Shown here: positions 10,447 to 19,133 of the stretch, piece by piece
How the letters are laid out: each line of letters starts with the position of its first letter
How positions within the stretch are numbered: position 1 is the first letter of the stretch
Virus record (IMG/VR): IMGVR_UViG_3300035670_000282
Coordinates: 1 to 53,220 of that record
DNA length: 53,220 nucleotides
Direction: 5' to 3' (one strand)
Source of the DNA: a virus
Lineage: Duplodnaviria; Caudoviricetes
Position numbers and translations under genes: made by a program
Notes under the pieces: generated by a model
Database searches by the model: none
What the model saw: only the letters and a program-made list of their open reading frames with translations
What the model was told of the DNA's origin: nothing

Positions 10447-10602
10447 TCAGCCCTTCACCTTACCTAGCCTAGGGTTCTTCTTCTTTGCAGCCTTAGAGGC
10501 GTTTCTGGAGCTTGCAGCGAGTATTGCATTAGCTGACTCTTTACTTACACCTTGCTTCTTCTGAATGTCTTTACTTACAGCTTTAAAACCAGGATGCTTC
10601 AT
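10447..10602 (-). CDS. Small basic protein, 51 aa (absent from ORF track)
   Basis: MKHPGFKAVSKDIQKKQGVSKESANAILAASSRNASKAAKKKNPRLGKVKG*; abuts the stop of the upstream gene. Confidence 0.7.
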   Translation of the reverse strand: MKHPGFKAVSKDIQKKQGVSKESANAILAASSRNASKAAKKKNPRLGKVKG

Positions 10603-10603
10603 A

Positions 10604-10987
10604 TCAATGTTCCCATGTCTTATTCTTAGATTTTTCTAAGTGTCTAGATGCCATCCAACCAGGAGCAGCACCAAATGTAGCACCTACAGCTAATTCACCT
10701 ACAGTACCCATAGAAAGTAACTGCTGCATAAGATCTATATTAAATAAACCAAATACAAATAAACCAAAAGAACCAATAGGTCTAGCTAGTGCTACTAATG
10801 CAGTAATAATCTTTACAAAAGCATCTGCATAAGGAGTAGTAGTCTGTTGAGCTAAAGCTGTTAATAGGTCATTTCTAATCTGTTCTTTATCTACTTCTAA
10901 TTGGTTCTTCTTATCTTTATCTTCTACATACTCAGAACCAACTTCAATAGCTTTATTGATTAGAGGTATTAGTGCAACAATACTCAT
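10604..10987 (-). CDS. Holin-like membrane protein (3TM/GTA-type holin-like)
   Basis: Start ATG 10987 with GGAAGG RBS; DKDKK..ARP motif and hydrophobic segments; follows the endolysin. Confidence 0.6.
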   Translation of the reverse strand: MSIVALIPLINKAIEVGSEYVEDKDKKNQLEVDKEQIRNDLLTALAQQTTTPYADAFVKIITALVALARPIGSFGLFVFGLFNIDLMQQLLSMGTVGELAVGATFGAAPGWMASRHLEKSKNKTWEH

Positions 10988-11796
10988 ATACCTTCCTCTC
11001 TTGAATGTCTTAATCTCTCTGAAATCACATATCCAGCTAGTAAACCAATGATAATACAAGCAGGGATGATGATATAGCTAGGTAAACCAGATACTCCAAT
11101 AGTACCTACACCTACTGCTGCTTGTGCTGCTGTAGAGGCTACCGTAGTGCTCTGTAGGGGCTTCTTACCATCTACCCTTACCTCACCTATTGGTTTAGTG
11201 CTTTTAAGCTCTCTCAGGGCTTCTGAGAAGCTCTCAGCATATCCTGCAATTAGCTTTGCCTTGTCAGTACCATTGATTACTCTTCTAGCATTAATATAGT
11301 CTGATTTAGCATGAGTAATATATACACCTAATCTCTTAGAAGTAAACCAACCTTCAATACTACCTTTAATTAGTATTTGAGCAGATATATTAGGTTCCAT
11401 TACTTTTTCTGGATAGGATACTAGATTAATACCTAATTCTTTACCAGCTTTCTCGTAATTGTATTTATGAGTTAATTGGACATATCCTCTACCAAAGAAA
11501 CCAGTATTCCAGTAAGGAGTATTAACTGATTTAAGCTTACCTGAATGATAAGCTCTTTCTAATCTTCTAATAGCTTCTGCATCTGTTTTAGCTAGAGTTT
11601 CTCTTACAGGCTGCATAGTATGAGCAGTCTCATGGTAAGCAGTAGCTAAGATATAGGCTAATTGGTTTAATGGTTGATGAGGGTATAGTTCAAACCAAGT
11701 ATCAATAATAATATCCATACCTTCTACTTGGGTTTGAGCTAACTTACCCTTGAATATAGAAGATCTAATATTAGAGTAGAAAGCAGTTAAGTTCAT
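10984..11796 (-). CDS. Endolysin, glycoside hydrolase family 19, with hydrophobic C-terminal extension
   Basis: LAYILATAYHET, FFGRGYVQLTHKYNY, ARRVINGTDKA motifs. Confidence 0.9.
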   Translation of the reverse strand: MNLTAFYSNIRSSIFKGKLAQTQVEGMDIIIDTWFELYPHQPLNQLAYILATAYHETAHTMQPVRETLAKTDAEAIRRLERAYHSGKLKSVNTPYWNTGFFGRGYVQLTHKYNYEKAGKELGINLVSYPEKVMEPNISAQILIKGSIEGWFTSKRLGVYITHAKSDYINARRVINGTDKAKLIAGYAESFSEALRELKSTKPIGEVRVDGKKPLQSTTVASTAAQAAVGVGTIGVSGLPSYIIIPACIIIGLLAGYVISERLRHSREEGI

Positions 11797-11797
11797 A

Positions 11798-12274
11798 TTA
11801 GATTCCTATTTTTAAGGCCCATACATATCCTGCTAATGTAACTAAAGCAGAACCAAGTAATGCTACAGACCAAAGAAGTATTTTACGAATACCTGCTGTT
11901 TCTTCATCCATGTGTTCATTAAGACTCTTACTAAATTTATCCATTCTATCTAGTAATATTTTTTGATTAGTAGCTCTTTGTTCAGAAGCATTATCAATAT
12001 CTTTCTTAATAATAAGAATATCCTTTTCTACTTCTTCTATTCTCCCTTCTACTTCTTCTACATCATCAGCCATGTGATTAATAGCTACCTTTAGTGCTTT
12101 GTCATAATCATTAACCACATCATGTATCCTTTTACGGATAATCTCATATTGATCATCATGTTTTTTAGATAAATCTCTTATACATTGTCCTTGTTCACTA
12201 AGCTGATTAATAATAAAAGATAAAGATGTTTGTACTGAGGATAAATCTCCGTATGGTAGTTTTTGTTCAATCAT
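11798..12274 (-). CDS. Coiled-coil protein with C-terminal transmembrane helix (lysis cassette)
   Basis: Heptad pattern plus LLWSVALLGSALVTLAGYVWAL. Confidence 0.55.
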   Translation of the reverse strand: MIEQKLPYGDLSSVQTSLSFIINQLSEQGQCIRDLSKKHDDQYEIIRKRIHDVVNDYDKALKVAINHMADDVEEVEGRIEEVEKDILIIKKDIDNASEQRATNQKILLDRMDKFSKSLNEHMDEETAGIRKILLWSVALLGSALVTLAGYVWALKIGI

Positions 12275-12279
12275 TCGAT

Positions 12280-12531
12280 TTACTCTGAATAATGCTTCGG
12301 TAAATGTTTCCTATTTTTTTCTGATAAATAGGAAGAATAACAATGATCTTTTTGTAAGAAGAAAATTAAGTTAACTAATTTATAAGATGTAAACCAATAA
12401 ATAGAAACATCCTTGTTTCTATATAGCCTGGCAGATAAGGTTTCATCAGCATGTCCTAATACTATAACATTAAATAGCTGATCAATAGCTATCATTAAGT
12501 TATAGAGATACTGCTTGAATGAATAGCTCAT
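12280..12531 (-). CDS. Conserved small phage protein
   Basis: IAIDQLFN..GHADETLSAR..DHC motif typical of proteins beside tail-fibre genes. Confidence 0.65.
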   Translation of the reverse strand: MSYSFKQYLYNLMIAIDQLFNVIVLGHADETLSARLYRNKDVSIYWFTSYKLVNLIFFLQKDHCYSSYLSEKNRKHLPKHYSE

Positions 12532-13057
12532 CTGTTTCTTGTTCAGTTAAACCAAGAGCAGTAATTAAACCAAGTACTAATTCAGAATCTCTCTTAACTT
12601 CAGTAGCATATTCCCATTCTATTTGAGCAGCTTCTTTCTGAGGAGAATTCATAGCAGCAATAGCAGCATCTACATCAGCTAATTTATTAATACCTAATAG
12701 AGCTAGTCTAGCTTGTCTCATAGATACGGTATTAGGAACTGTAGCCTTAAATGCTGCTAATTGAGCAGCAGCTTCTTGTTCTGCTTTAGTATGTAGTACA
12801 CCTTCTTCATCAGTATAATCAGAGAAAGTATCTACTACTTCCCACTGCTGTTCGTAGTGTCCCTTATCAGTAAGGATAGGAGTAACTTCTCTAGCAGTTT
12901 GAATAATGGCTATATGCTCTGGTTTAGGAGCAGAGAATACTAGCTTATATTCACTAGTAGGTACAAATGGTTTAGGAAAAGAAACATTAGGATTAGCTTC
13001 TTTAATCTGTCTTTCAGTTACTGGATATTCACCAGTAGTAGTATTTATATAGGTCAT
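12500..13057 (-). CDS. Tail-fibre-associated (assembly/chaperone-like) protein
   Basis: NPNVSFPKP and VSMRQARLALL..IEWEYA motifs; follows the fibre gene. Confidence 0.6.
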   Translation of the reverse strand: MTYINTTTGEYPVTERQIKEANPNVSFPKPFVPTSEYKLVFSAPKPEHIAIIQTAREVTPILTDKGHYEQQWEVVDTFSDYTDEEGVLHTKAEQEAAAQLAAFKATVPNTVSMRQARLALLGINKLADVDAAIAAMNSPQKEAAQIEWEYATEVKRDSELVLGLITALGLTEQETDELFIQAVSL

Positions 13058-13066
13058 TATTTATTC

Positions 13067-14986
13067 CTACGCTATAGCTAAGAAAATATATGTAGCAGTA
13101 GATACATTGATATTAGTAGCCGTGTTTTGGTTTACTATAAATCCAGAGTTATCAGGATCAATAGAGTCATCAGTAGTTACCTCAGCAGCAGTGGTGTTGA
13201 GGCTAAGGTGAGGATCGTTTGCTGCTACTATGCCTCTAGCAGTATCCCACACGAACCAATCTCCTGTAGAATCTGTTCTCTTAATCAATACAAACCTAGC
13301 ACCTGTAGAGAATCCACAATCAATAGTTTGAGTTGATCCGTTTCCTGTGTATGATCCTACTTTGCTGATGCCGGGTTTGGTGGCCCAGAGGTAGGCGACA
13401 TAAGTACCACCTGATATATTTGGGTTAGATGTTCCAACAGTAAAAACAGAACTTGTCGGCTCAGTGTCATTCCATACGGTTGATGTAGTATTTGCGGCAT
13501 CAGTAGCATTCAGAGCTATGTTTTTTGTTCCTGTCAATGCGGAATGGTATCCATTCCAGTATGCGGTACTATCCCTTCTTTTTGCGATAATCATCTCAGG
13601 CGCCACGCCCAAGTTATGATCCACCGTCCTTGCTACACCTGTGCCGGTATAGCAAACCACATCAAAGAAACCGGGAGCGCGGGCAAAACCATAAGTTACA
13701 TAGTTGGCTCCACTCCAGTTAATAAAGCCTGACGACGAAGCCTCTGTGCCAGCAACGTAACCAGTGTTTGAAAAGTCAACAATCGCGTTTGGCTGAGAGT
13801 CTTCTGCACCTGTAGCCCAAGCTTGTAGCGTTGCAGTTTTTCCTCTTAGCTTGTCAATAAATCCAAACCCAAGGAATGAGTCAAAGCTTCCTGTCCGTCG
13901 GTCTTTAGACAGCAACAAGTCTGGCGACATACTTAGATTTACAGTCGTAGCAGCACCCGTCCCCGTCCGAGCAATCGCGTTATAAACCTCCGTCCCACTC
14001 TCAGGCGGCTTGTTGGGGCGGCGGATGGCTAGGTAGATGCCAGTGGCGACCACAGGTGCCGCATCAATAAGCTGAAATCCCGTTGATGTTGGGTGTCCTT
14101 TATCTGCCCCAACTACTTCCGAATTAGAAGCATTGGCATAGAGCATTTGGTCATTACTTGTACCATTTGCAAAACCTCTCATGGTATCAAAGATATTCCA
14201 TTGTCTCGTGGAGTCAGTAGTTAATTTAGTTAATACATACTGTGGCTCCCACCCCAACTCAACTGTAGCCCTTCCAAAAGTATCCGTAGTAAAACTCCCA
14301 CACTGAATAAACCCATCCGCATCAGTGTCGTGGGCGAAGAGGTAGGCGACGTAGGTTCTACCAGATGCGTTTGTAAGATTTGAATTGCCAACTTCAAAAG
14401 TAGAACTTGTTGGGTCTGCATCGCCCAATATCCCAGTACTAGACTGTTGGTCGGCTGTCATGTTTAGATATAAAAAATTATTTTGCCATGATGATAGACT
14501 TCGATGACCAACAACCCAGTCAGTTGTACTGTGGCTGGTACATTTAACAATAATCATCCCCGGTGCAATACCAAGACTATGTGCAATCTGCCTACCCGCT
14601 ACGCCATCCCCAGTATAAGTCGCCACATCAAAAAACTTAGGTGCTTTGCGGAAGGTCCATGATGCGTAGGTATAAGTGTTTGTGCCTATTGTTGTAAATC
14701 CTGAAGATGTGAAAGATTGTAGCCCGTAGGTGGTTAAATTAGCTTGTCCACTTGTTGTGTCTGACGAAAGGTAATTTCCACCGCCTCGCGTCGTGTCGTA
14801 TAGGGCATGCGTTTCAGCAAATCGCCCCTTAATCCAAACCATCCCACCTTCACCAGCCAGATCAATCCCGTTGGTGATGGTTTGTGTACTTCCATTACCT
14901 GTATACAAATAAGTAGAAAACACATCATCTACATATAGCTGCTGGGCAGCGTTACCAGCAGTGGATTGCAATGCTTTAGCTAACAT
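13067..14986 (-). CDS. Tail fibre/receptor-binding protein with repeated YTGxG beta-domains
   Basis: Repeats of YTGNGSTQTI and FDV..YTG.G..R.I.H.LG.AP.MII.K; interior GC visibly higher than the genome. Confidence 0.7.
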   Translation of the reverse strand: MLAKALQSTAGNAAQQLYVDDVFSTYLYTGNGSTQTITNGIDLAGEGGMVWIKGRFAETHALYDTTRGGGNYLSSDTTSGQANLTTYGLQSFTSSGFTTIGTNTYTYASWTFRKAPKFFDVATYTGDGVAGRQIAHSLGIAPGMIIVKCTSHSTTDWVVGHRSLSSWQNNFLYLNMTADQQSSTGILGDADPTSSTFEVGNSNLTNASGRTYVAYLFAHDTDADGFIQCGSFTTDTFGRATVELGWEPQYVLTKLTTDSTRQWNIFDTMRGFANGTSNDQMLYANASNSEVVGADKGHPTSTGFQLIDAAPVVATGIYLAIRRPNKPPESGTEVYNAIARTGTGAATTVNLSMSPDLLLSKDRRTGSFDSFLGFGFIDKLRGKTATLQAWATGAEDSQPNAIVDFSNTGYVAGTEASSSGFINWSGANYVTYGFARAPGFFDVVCYTGTGVARTVDHNLGVAPEMIIAKRRDSTAYWNGYHSALTGTKNIALNATDAANTTSTVWNDTEPTSSVFTVGTSNPNISGGTYVAYLWATKPGISKVGSYTGNGSTQTIDCGFSTGARFVLIKRTDSTGDWFVWDTARGIVAANDPHLSLNTTAAEVTTDDSIDPDNSGFIVNQNTATNINVSTATYIFLAIA

Positions 14987-15642
14987 TAGGCATAGCTCCC
15001 TACAATTGCACCATATAGAGTTGTACTAACTTTCCAGAATACTAGAGTATCAGCAGCAGTAAGAGTAGGAGCAGCATTACCAGTAGCAGTTACCCAAGTA
15101 GTAGTAGGCCAAGTAACCGTATGACTAGCACCATTGGTTAACATAAGTACAACAGAGTTACCAGCACTCAAGCTATCAGTAAATGTAGTATCACCAGTTA
15201 AAGCAGCAGTTTGAATAGAACCATTAGCGGGATTAAGTGCAATAGAACCAGATGTAGCTAAAGTAAATACTTCTTCTGTATAACCACCATCTAAGATTAA
15301 ATTAGTAATGGTTTTATTGGTTAATGTTTGGGTAGTACTAAGAGTTACTTCTCCATCTGCTCCATTATAAACATCAAATGTAGTAGATGAACTATCGCTA
15401 AAATAAATTGTATATGTATCTACAGTACCAGGAGTTCCATTACCAGTTGTTCTGCTAATAGAATCAATACCTACACCCTGTTCACCACTAGAATAAGCAA
15501 GACTACTCCAAATAGTAGTACCATCACCTACTTTAAATTTACCAGTATCTGTTTCTAATCCCATTTCACCTTGAGAGAGAGTAGGATTATTAGTTCCCCA
15601 ATTAGCTGCTGTATCCCTTCTAAATTGAATCTTTGTTGCCAT
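14986..15642 (-). CDS. Tail fibre protein with Mtd/hyaluronidase-type N-terminal domain
   Basis: IQFRRDTAANW..NPTLSQGEMGLETDTGKFKVGDG. Confidence 0.75.
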   Translation of the reverse strand: MATKIQFRRDTAANWGTNNPTLSQGEMGLETDTGKFKVGDGTTIWSSLAYSSGEQGVGIDSISRTTGNGTPGTVDTYTIYFSDSSSTTFDVYNGADGEVTLSTTQTLTNKTITNLILDGGYTEEVFTLATSGSIALNPANGSIQTAALTGDTTFTDSLSAGNSVVLMLTNGASHTVTWPTTTWVTATGNAAPTLTAADTLVFWKVSTTLYGAIVGSYA

Positions 15643-16085
15643 TAAATACTACTCCCACAATCTATTACAAAATCATCTGAGGTAAAAATACTAGTACTAT
15701 TTCCACCATCTATATTTTTATCTGTATTAATAACTATATCTTCTGAACCAAGTAATGATTCACCATTAAAGGTTTTAAGATTAGTACCTGATACTAATAA
15801 TTCCTGTACTGTAGTACCTACATCAGAATCTACAAGTACATTAGATCCACCATTTTGTAGAGTACCTGTAAAATTAGCTGTAGCATCAGCATAATCAGCA
15901 GTAGTAGAACTATAAGGCTGTACTGTAGTACTAACATCTGTATCTACTAATACATTACTACCACCATTCTGAAGAGTACCAGTGAAATTAGCAGTAATAT
16001 CATCATACTTAGGTATCTGTAAACTTGTAATATCCTCCCTATAGAGAATATCATTAGCTAGTTTATTTGTAGATAATAAACTCAT
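15642..16085 (-). CDS. Small tail fibre component with internal repeat
   Basis: TANFTGTLQNGGSNVLVD occurs twice; LVSGTNLKTFNGESLLGS motif. Confidence 0.6.
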   Translation of the reverse strand: MSLLSTNKLANDILYREDITSLQIPKYDDITANFTGTLQNGGSNVLVDTDVSTTVQPYSSTTADYADATANFTGTLQNGGSNVLVDSDVGTTVQELLVSGTNLKTFNGESLLGSEDIVINTDKNIDGGNSTSIFTSDDFVIDCGSSI

Positions 16086-16408
16086 TATACTACCTCAAGA
16101 ATAGATGCTACTGCTTCTACATCTCCAGTAGCTGTAGCAGTAACTGCAATTACATCATCACCTTCTAGATTAATTGGTTTATCTAGAATAATTGTATTAT
16201 TAGCTGGAATAACTAGTCCTTTAGCAATATGCCTATAGGTAGTACCACCATCTACAGTTACTTCTACAGTAATAGTAGCATTATTTGTTCCATCAATATT
16301 GCTTAGAAATAAAGCATGGATTACAGCTTTAGAAGCAGAAGGACATACATAAAGAGTAGTCCTTGTAGTACTAACTGCTATACCAGCATTCTTAAATGTA
16401 TTAGCCAT
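16085..16408 (-). CDS. Small tail-associated beta protein
   Basis: MANTFKN..TTLYVCPS..SNIDG..ASILEV family pattern. Confidence 0.6.
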   Translation of the reverse strand: MANTFKNAGIAVSTTRTTLYVCPSASKAVIHALFLSNIDGTNNATITVEVTVDGGTTYRHIAKGLVIPANNTIILDKPINLEGDDVIAVTATATGDVEAVASILEVV

Positions 16409-16411
16409 TGA

Positions 16412-18427
16412 TTAGCCTCCAAAGACTATAGACATTGCTAAAGATTCATCCTTAGCTTGAATAATTAAATTATCTACTTCATTAGTAGAATACTTATCTA
16501 AATCTGTAATATCTGCTTCTACTAATACCACATCACCTGTTCTACCAGCAACTGTTAGTACTGCACTATCAGCACCATTATAGACTGTAAATGTAGAAGT
16601 ACTAGCATCACTAAAATTAACTGTATATGTGTCAGTAGCACCTGATTGAGCAGGTAAACCACTTACATCTGTAGTACTTGTAAATACAATAGAGGTAACA
16701 CTTACACCAGTATCACCAGTATCTCCCTTACCAAATGGTACTCCAGCAGACCAATCACCAGATGTATTACTTAACTTAAAATAAAGTGTACCTGTATCTA
16801 ATGCTAAGAAGCTAAATCCTAATGGTTGAGCATCATAGGTACTTCTATCAGCAAAATTACCCATAGCATTAACAGTAAAGGGATCTCCTTTATCCCCTTT
16901 AATACCTTGAGGAATACCTAGTGTAAGTACACCAGTTCCAGAGTTATAAGATGCAGAAGCTAAACTACCAGCTACTAGAGTTTGAGCAGTAGCACTTAAT
17001 GCTTCAATCTTATCTACTTCAGCAATAGCTATATTAGCTTGTGTAGTAGCTATACCAGCCTGTGTAGTAGCTGTAGTAGCAGCAGCTTGAGCTGTAGCAG
17101 CATTACTGGCAGCATTCTGAATAGCAACCAGATTATTAACTACTAACTCAATATAAGCTAGATTATTATATACAGTATTAATTTCAGGTAGAGCATCATT
17201 TACTGCATTGATAGCAGTAAGAGAATTATAAATATCAATTAATTTAGCAAGCTCTGCACCTACTGTATCTATTAAAGCTATATTAGTATATAAACCATCA
17301 ATATTAGTAATACTAACATACAGCCTATCAAGTGCTGTAATACTATCTTCCAATCTATCTAAATTAGTAATACTTGTATAAAGTCTATCTAACTGAGTAA
17401 TCTTACTATAAATAGAATCTAAACCAGTAATACTAAGTCTTACTCTATCTAAGTTAGCAATAGACAAATGAATACGATCTAATTCATCAATAGAATCATA
17501 TACTCTATCTAAATTTGTAATACTAGTAAATAGTCTATCTAGGTTAGTAATAGAAGTATGTAATCTATCTAAGTTAGATATAGAAGTATGTAGTCTAATT
17601 AATTTAGCTAATTCTGTATGTATTGCTAATAATTCAACAAGTACATTCTGTACTTCTAGCATTTGCTCTATATTATTAGCTAGAAGAATAATTTTTTGGA
17701 TATTATTACCAAGAGCAATAATATCCCCAATTCTTTGAGAAAGAGTTTGTAAAGCAGAAGTAGTTAATGCCCAATAGTAGAGAGGAGTAGCATTAACATA
17801 AGCTCCAGTAGTTACATGTAACTGGATTCTTTCAATATTAGAGTTAGTACCAGTAACATCTACTACTCTAATTAGAGTACCAGTTCTACCACCTACTTCT
17901 TCAATAATAGTTGTATCTTCTAACTTATTAGTAAAAGATACATTACTCATTAACTGATCTACAATAGATCCATGTGTAGATACTTGTATGGGTTGATTAT
18001 CATCATTAACAAAGGGTACTTCAATTACTACACCATCAACAAAAGTAACAGTAGCTTTATTGTAGTAAACAGTGGTAGTAGTATCCTGCCAAATAGTTTG
18101 TGCTTCTTCATAGGTAGTAGTAGCTTCAATGCCTACCTTATTAAGAGCAATATCAATATCTAACTTTCTATTACCAAAGTAATTACCTTTCTCTATATCT
18201 CTAGAAGCTGTACGAATTAATTCAGCAGAATTAATAACACCAGAGATATTATCAATATTGGCTAGAATCTCCTGAAGAAATAAAACCATTTCACTATCTG
18301 GATCTATAGAACCAAACAGCTCAATAGTTTCTAGATTATCTACAGCCTTACGAATAATATCAAAAGAACTATTAATATATTTATCTAATAGTTCAGCATC
18401 TGTACCTAATGATGCCCTTATACCCAT
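16412..18427 (-). CDS. Long tail fibre/appendage protein with 10-aa repeat stalk
   Basis: LDRLxTSITN repeats, GIPQGIKGDKGD and VAGRTGDVVL motifs. Confidence 0.7.
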   Translation of the reverse strand: MGIRASLGTDAELLDKYINSSFDIIRKAVDNLETIELFGSIDPDSEMVLFLQEILANIDNISGVINSAELIRTASRDIEKGNYFGNRKLDIDIALNKVGIEATTTYEEAQTIWQDTTTTVYYNKATVTFVDGVVIEVPFVNDDNQPIQVSTHGSIVDQLMSNVSFTNKLEDTTIIEEVGGRTGTLIRVVDVTGTNSNIERIQLHVTTGAYVNATPLYYWALTTSALQTLSQRIGDIIALGNNIQKIILLANNIEQMLEVQNVLVELLAIHTELAKLIRLHTSISNLDRLHTSITNLDRLFTSITNLDRVYDSIDELDRIHLSIANLDRVRLSITGLDSIYSKITQLDRLYTSITNLDRLEDSITALDRLYVSITNIDGLYTNIALIDTVGAELAKLIDIYNSLTAINAVNDALPEINTVYNNLAYIELVVNNLVAIQNAASNAATAQAAATTATTQAGIATTQANIAIAEVDKIEALSATAQTLVAGSLASASYNSGTGVLTLGIPQGIKGDKGDPFTVNAMGNFADRSTYDAQPLGFSFLALDTGTLYFKLSNTSGDWSAGVPFGKGDTGDTGVSVTSIVFTSTTDVSGLPAQSGATDTYTVNFSDASTSTFTVYNGADSAVLTVAGRTGDVVLVEADITDLDKYSTNEVDNLIIQAKDESLAMSIVFGG
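17270..17605 (-). repeat. About 11 tandem 30-nt (10-aa) repeats in the tail fibre gene
   Basis: LDRLHTSISN/LDRLHTSITN/LDRLFTSITN/LDRVYDSIDE/LDRIHLSIAN... Confidence 0.85.
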
Positions 18428-19119
18428 TGATTAATCTCCAGTTTAAGATTTCCCCTATGAGTAGTATTAAATACTCCTAGAGAATCAATTCGATTACATT
18501 CTAATTCATATTTCTGTAAATACAAATTAGCTTCAGGTCTTTCTTTACCTACCCTACTGTAGAGCTTATCACTTACATAGGCCACTAAGCACTCTAGAAG
18601 AGCCTCTGGAAGCTCTACATAAACACTTGATGGGTCAGCTATGGTTGGCTCTATTCTAGCTGGATACGCTCTATATTCAACTAGGAGAACATTCTCCTGT
18701 ATAGGGTAAGGTACTTGGATTCGATTATAGGAAGGAGTATAAAGAGACAGAGAATCATTTTCCATATTAAGAGGAAATTCATGGTATTCCTCTGTAAATA
18801 CTCTTTCTATCTTAATTACATCGTTATTAAAAGGTTCACTAGGATTATCCATTAAATAATGATACCTAACTTCAGGATTCTTTAAGGTGTAAGAGTACTT
18901 CTTATCTAAAATGTAATCACTGATATGTTCATAAAGCTCTATACCTACAGCTTTACTAAGAATAGGAAATCTTTTATGTAGATCAATCAAACCAAGATTG
19001 ATATTACTAATTACTTTAGGTAGATCTTTCTCCCTAATTCTACCTTCTTCATCTGAACCAATAGCTAAATTGGCTAAGTCTCCATACATCAGGTACTCAA
19101 GTATCTCAGACAATTGCAT
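18418..19119 (-). CDS. N4 gp67-like head-tail adaptor protein
   Basis: LMYGDLANL..NLGLIDLHKRF..YELEC; directly downstream of terminase. Confidence 0.75.
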   Translation of the reverse strand: MQLSEILEYLMYGDLANLAIGSDEEGRIREKDLPKVISNINLGLIDLHKRFPILSKAVGIELYEHISDYILDKKYSYTLKNPEVRYHYLMDNPSEPFNNDVIKIERVFTEEYHEFPLNMENDSLSLYTPSYNRIQVPYPIQENVLLVEYRAYPARIEPTIADPSSVYVELPEALLECLVAYVSDKLYSRVGKERPEANLYLQKYELECNRIDSLGVFNTTHRGNLKLEINQWV

Positions 19120-19133
19120 TACATTTAATCCAC

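Noticed and set aside
13067-15642. Diversity-generating retroelement suggested by the Mtd-like N-terminus
   Set aside because: No reverse transcriptase in the window and no template/variable repeat pair differing only at adenines was seen
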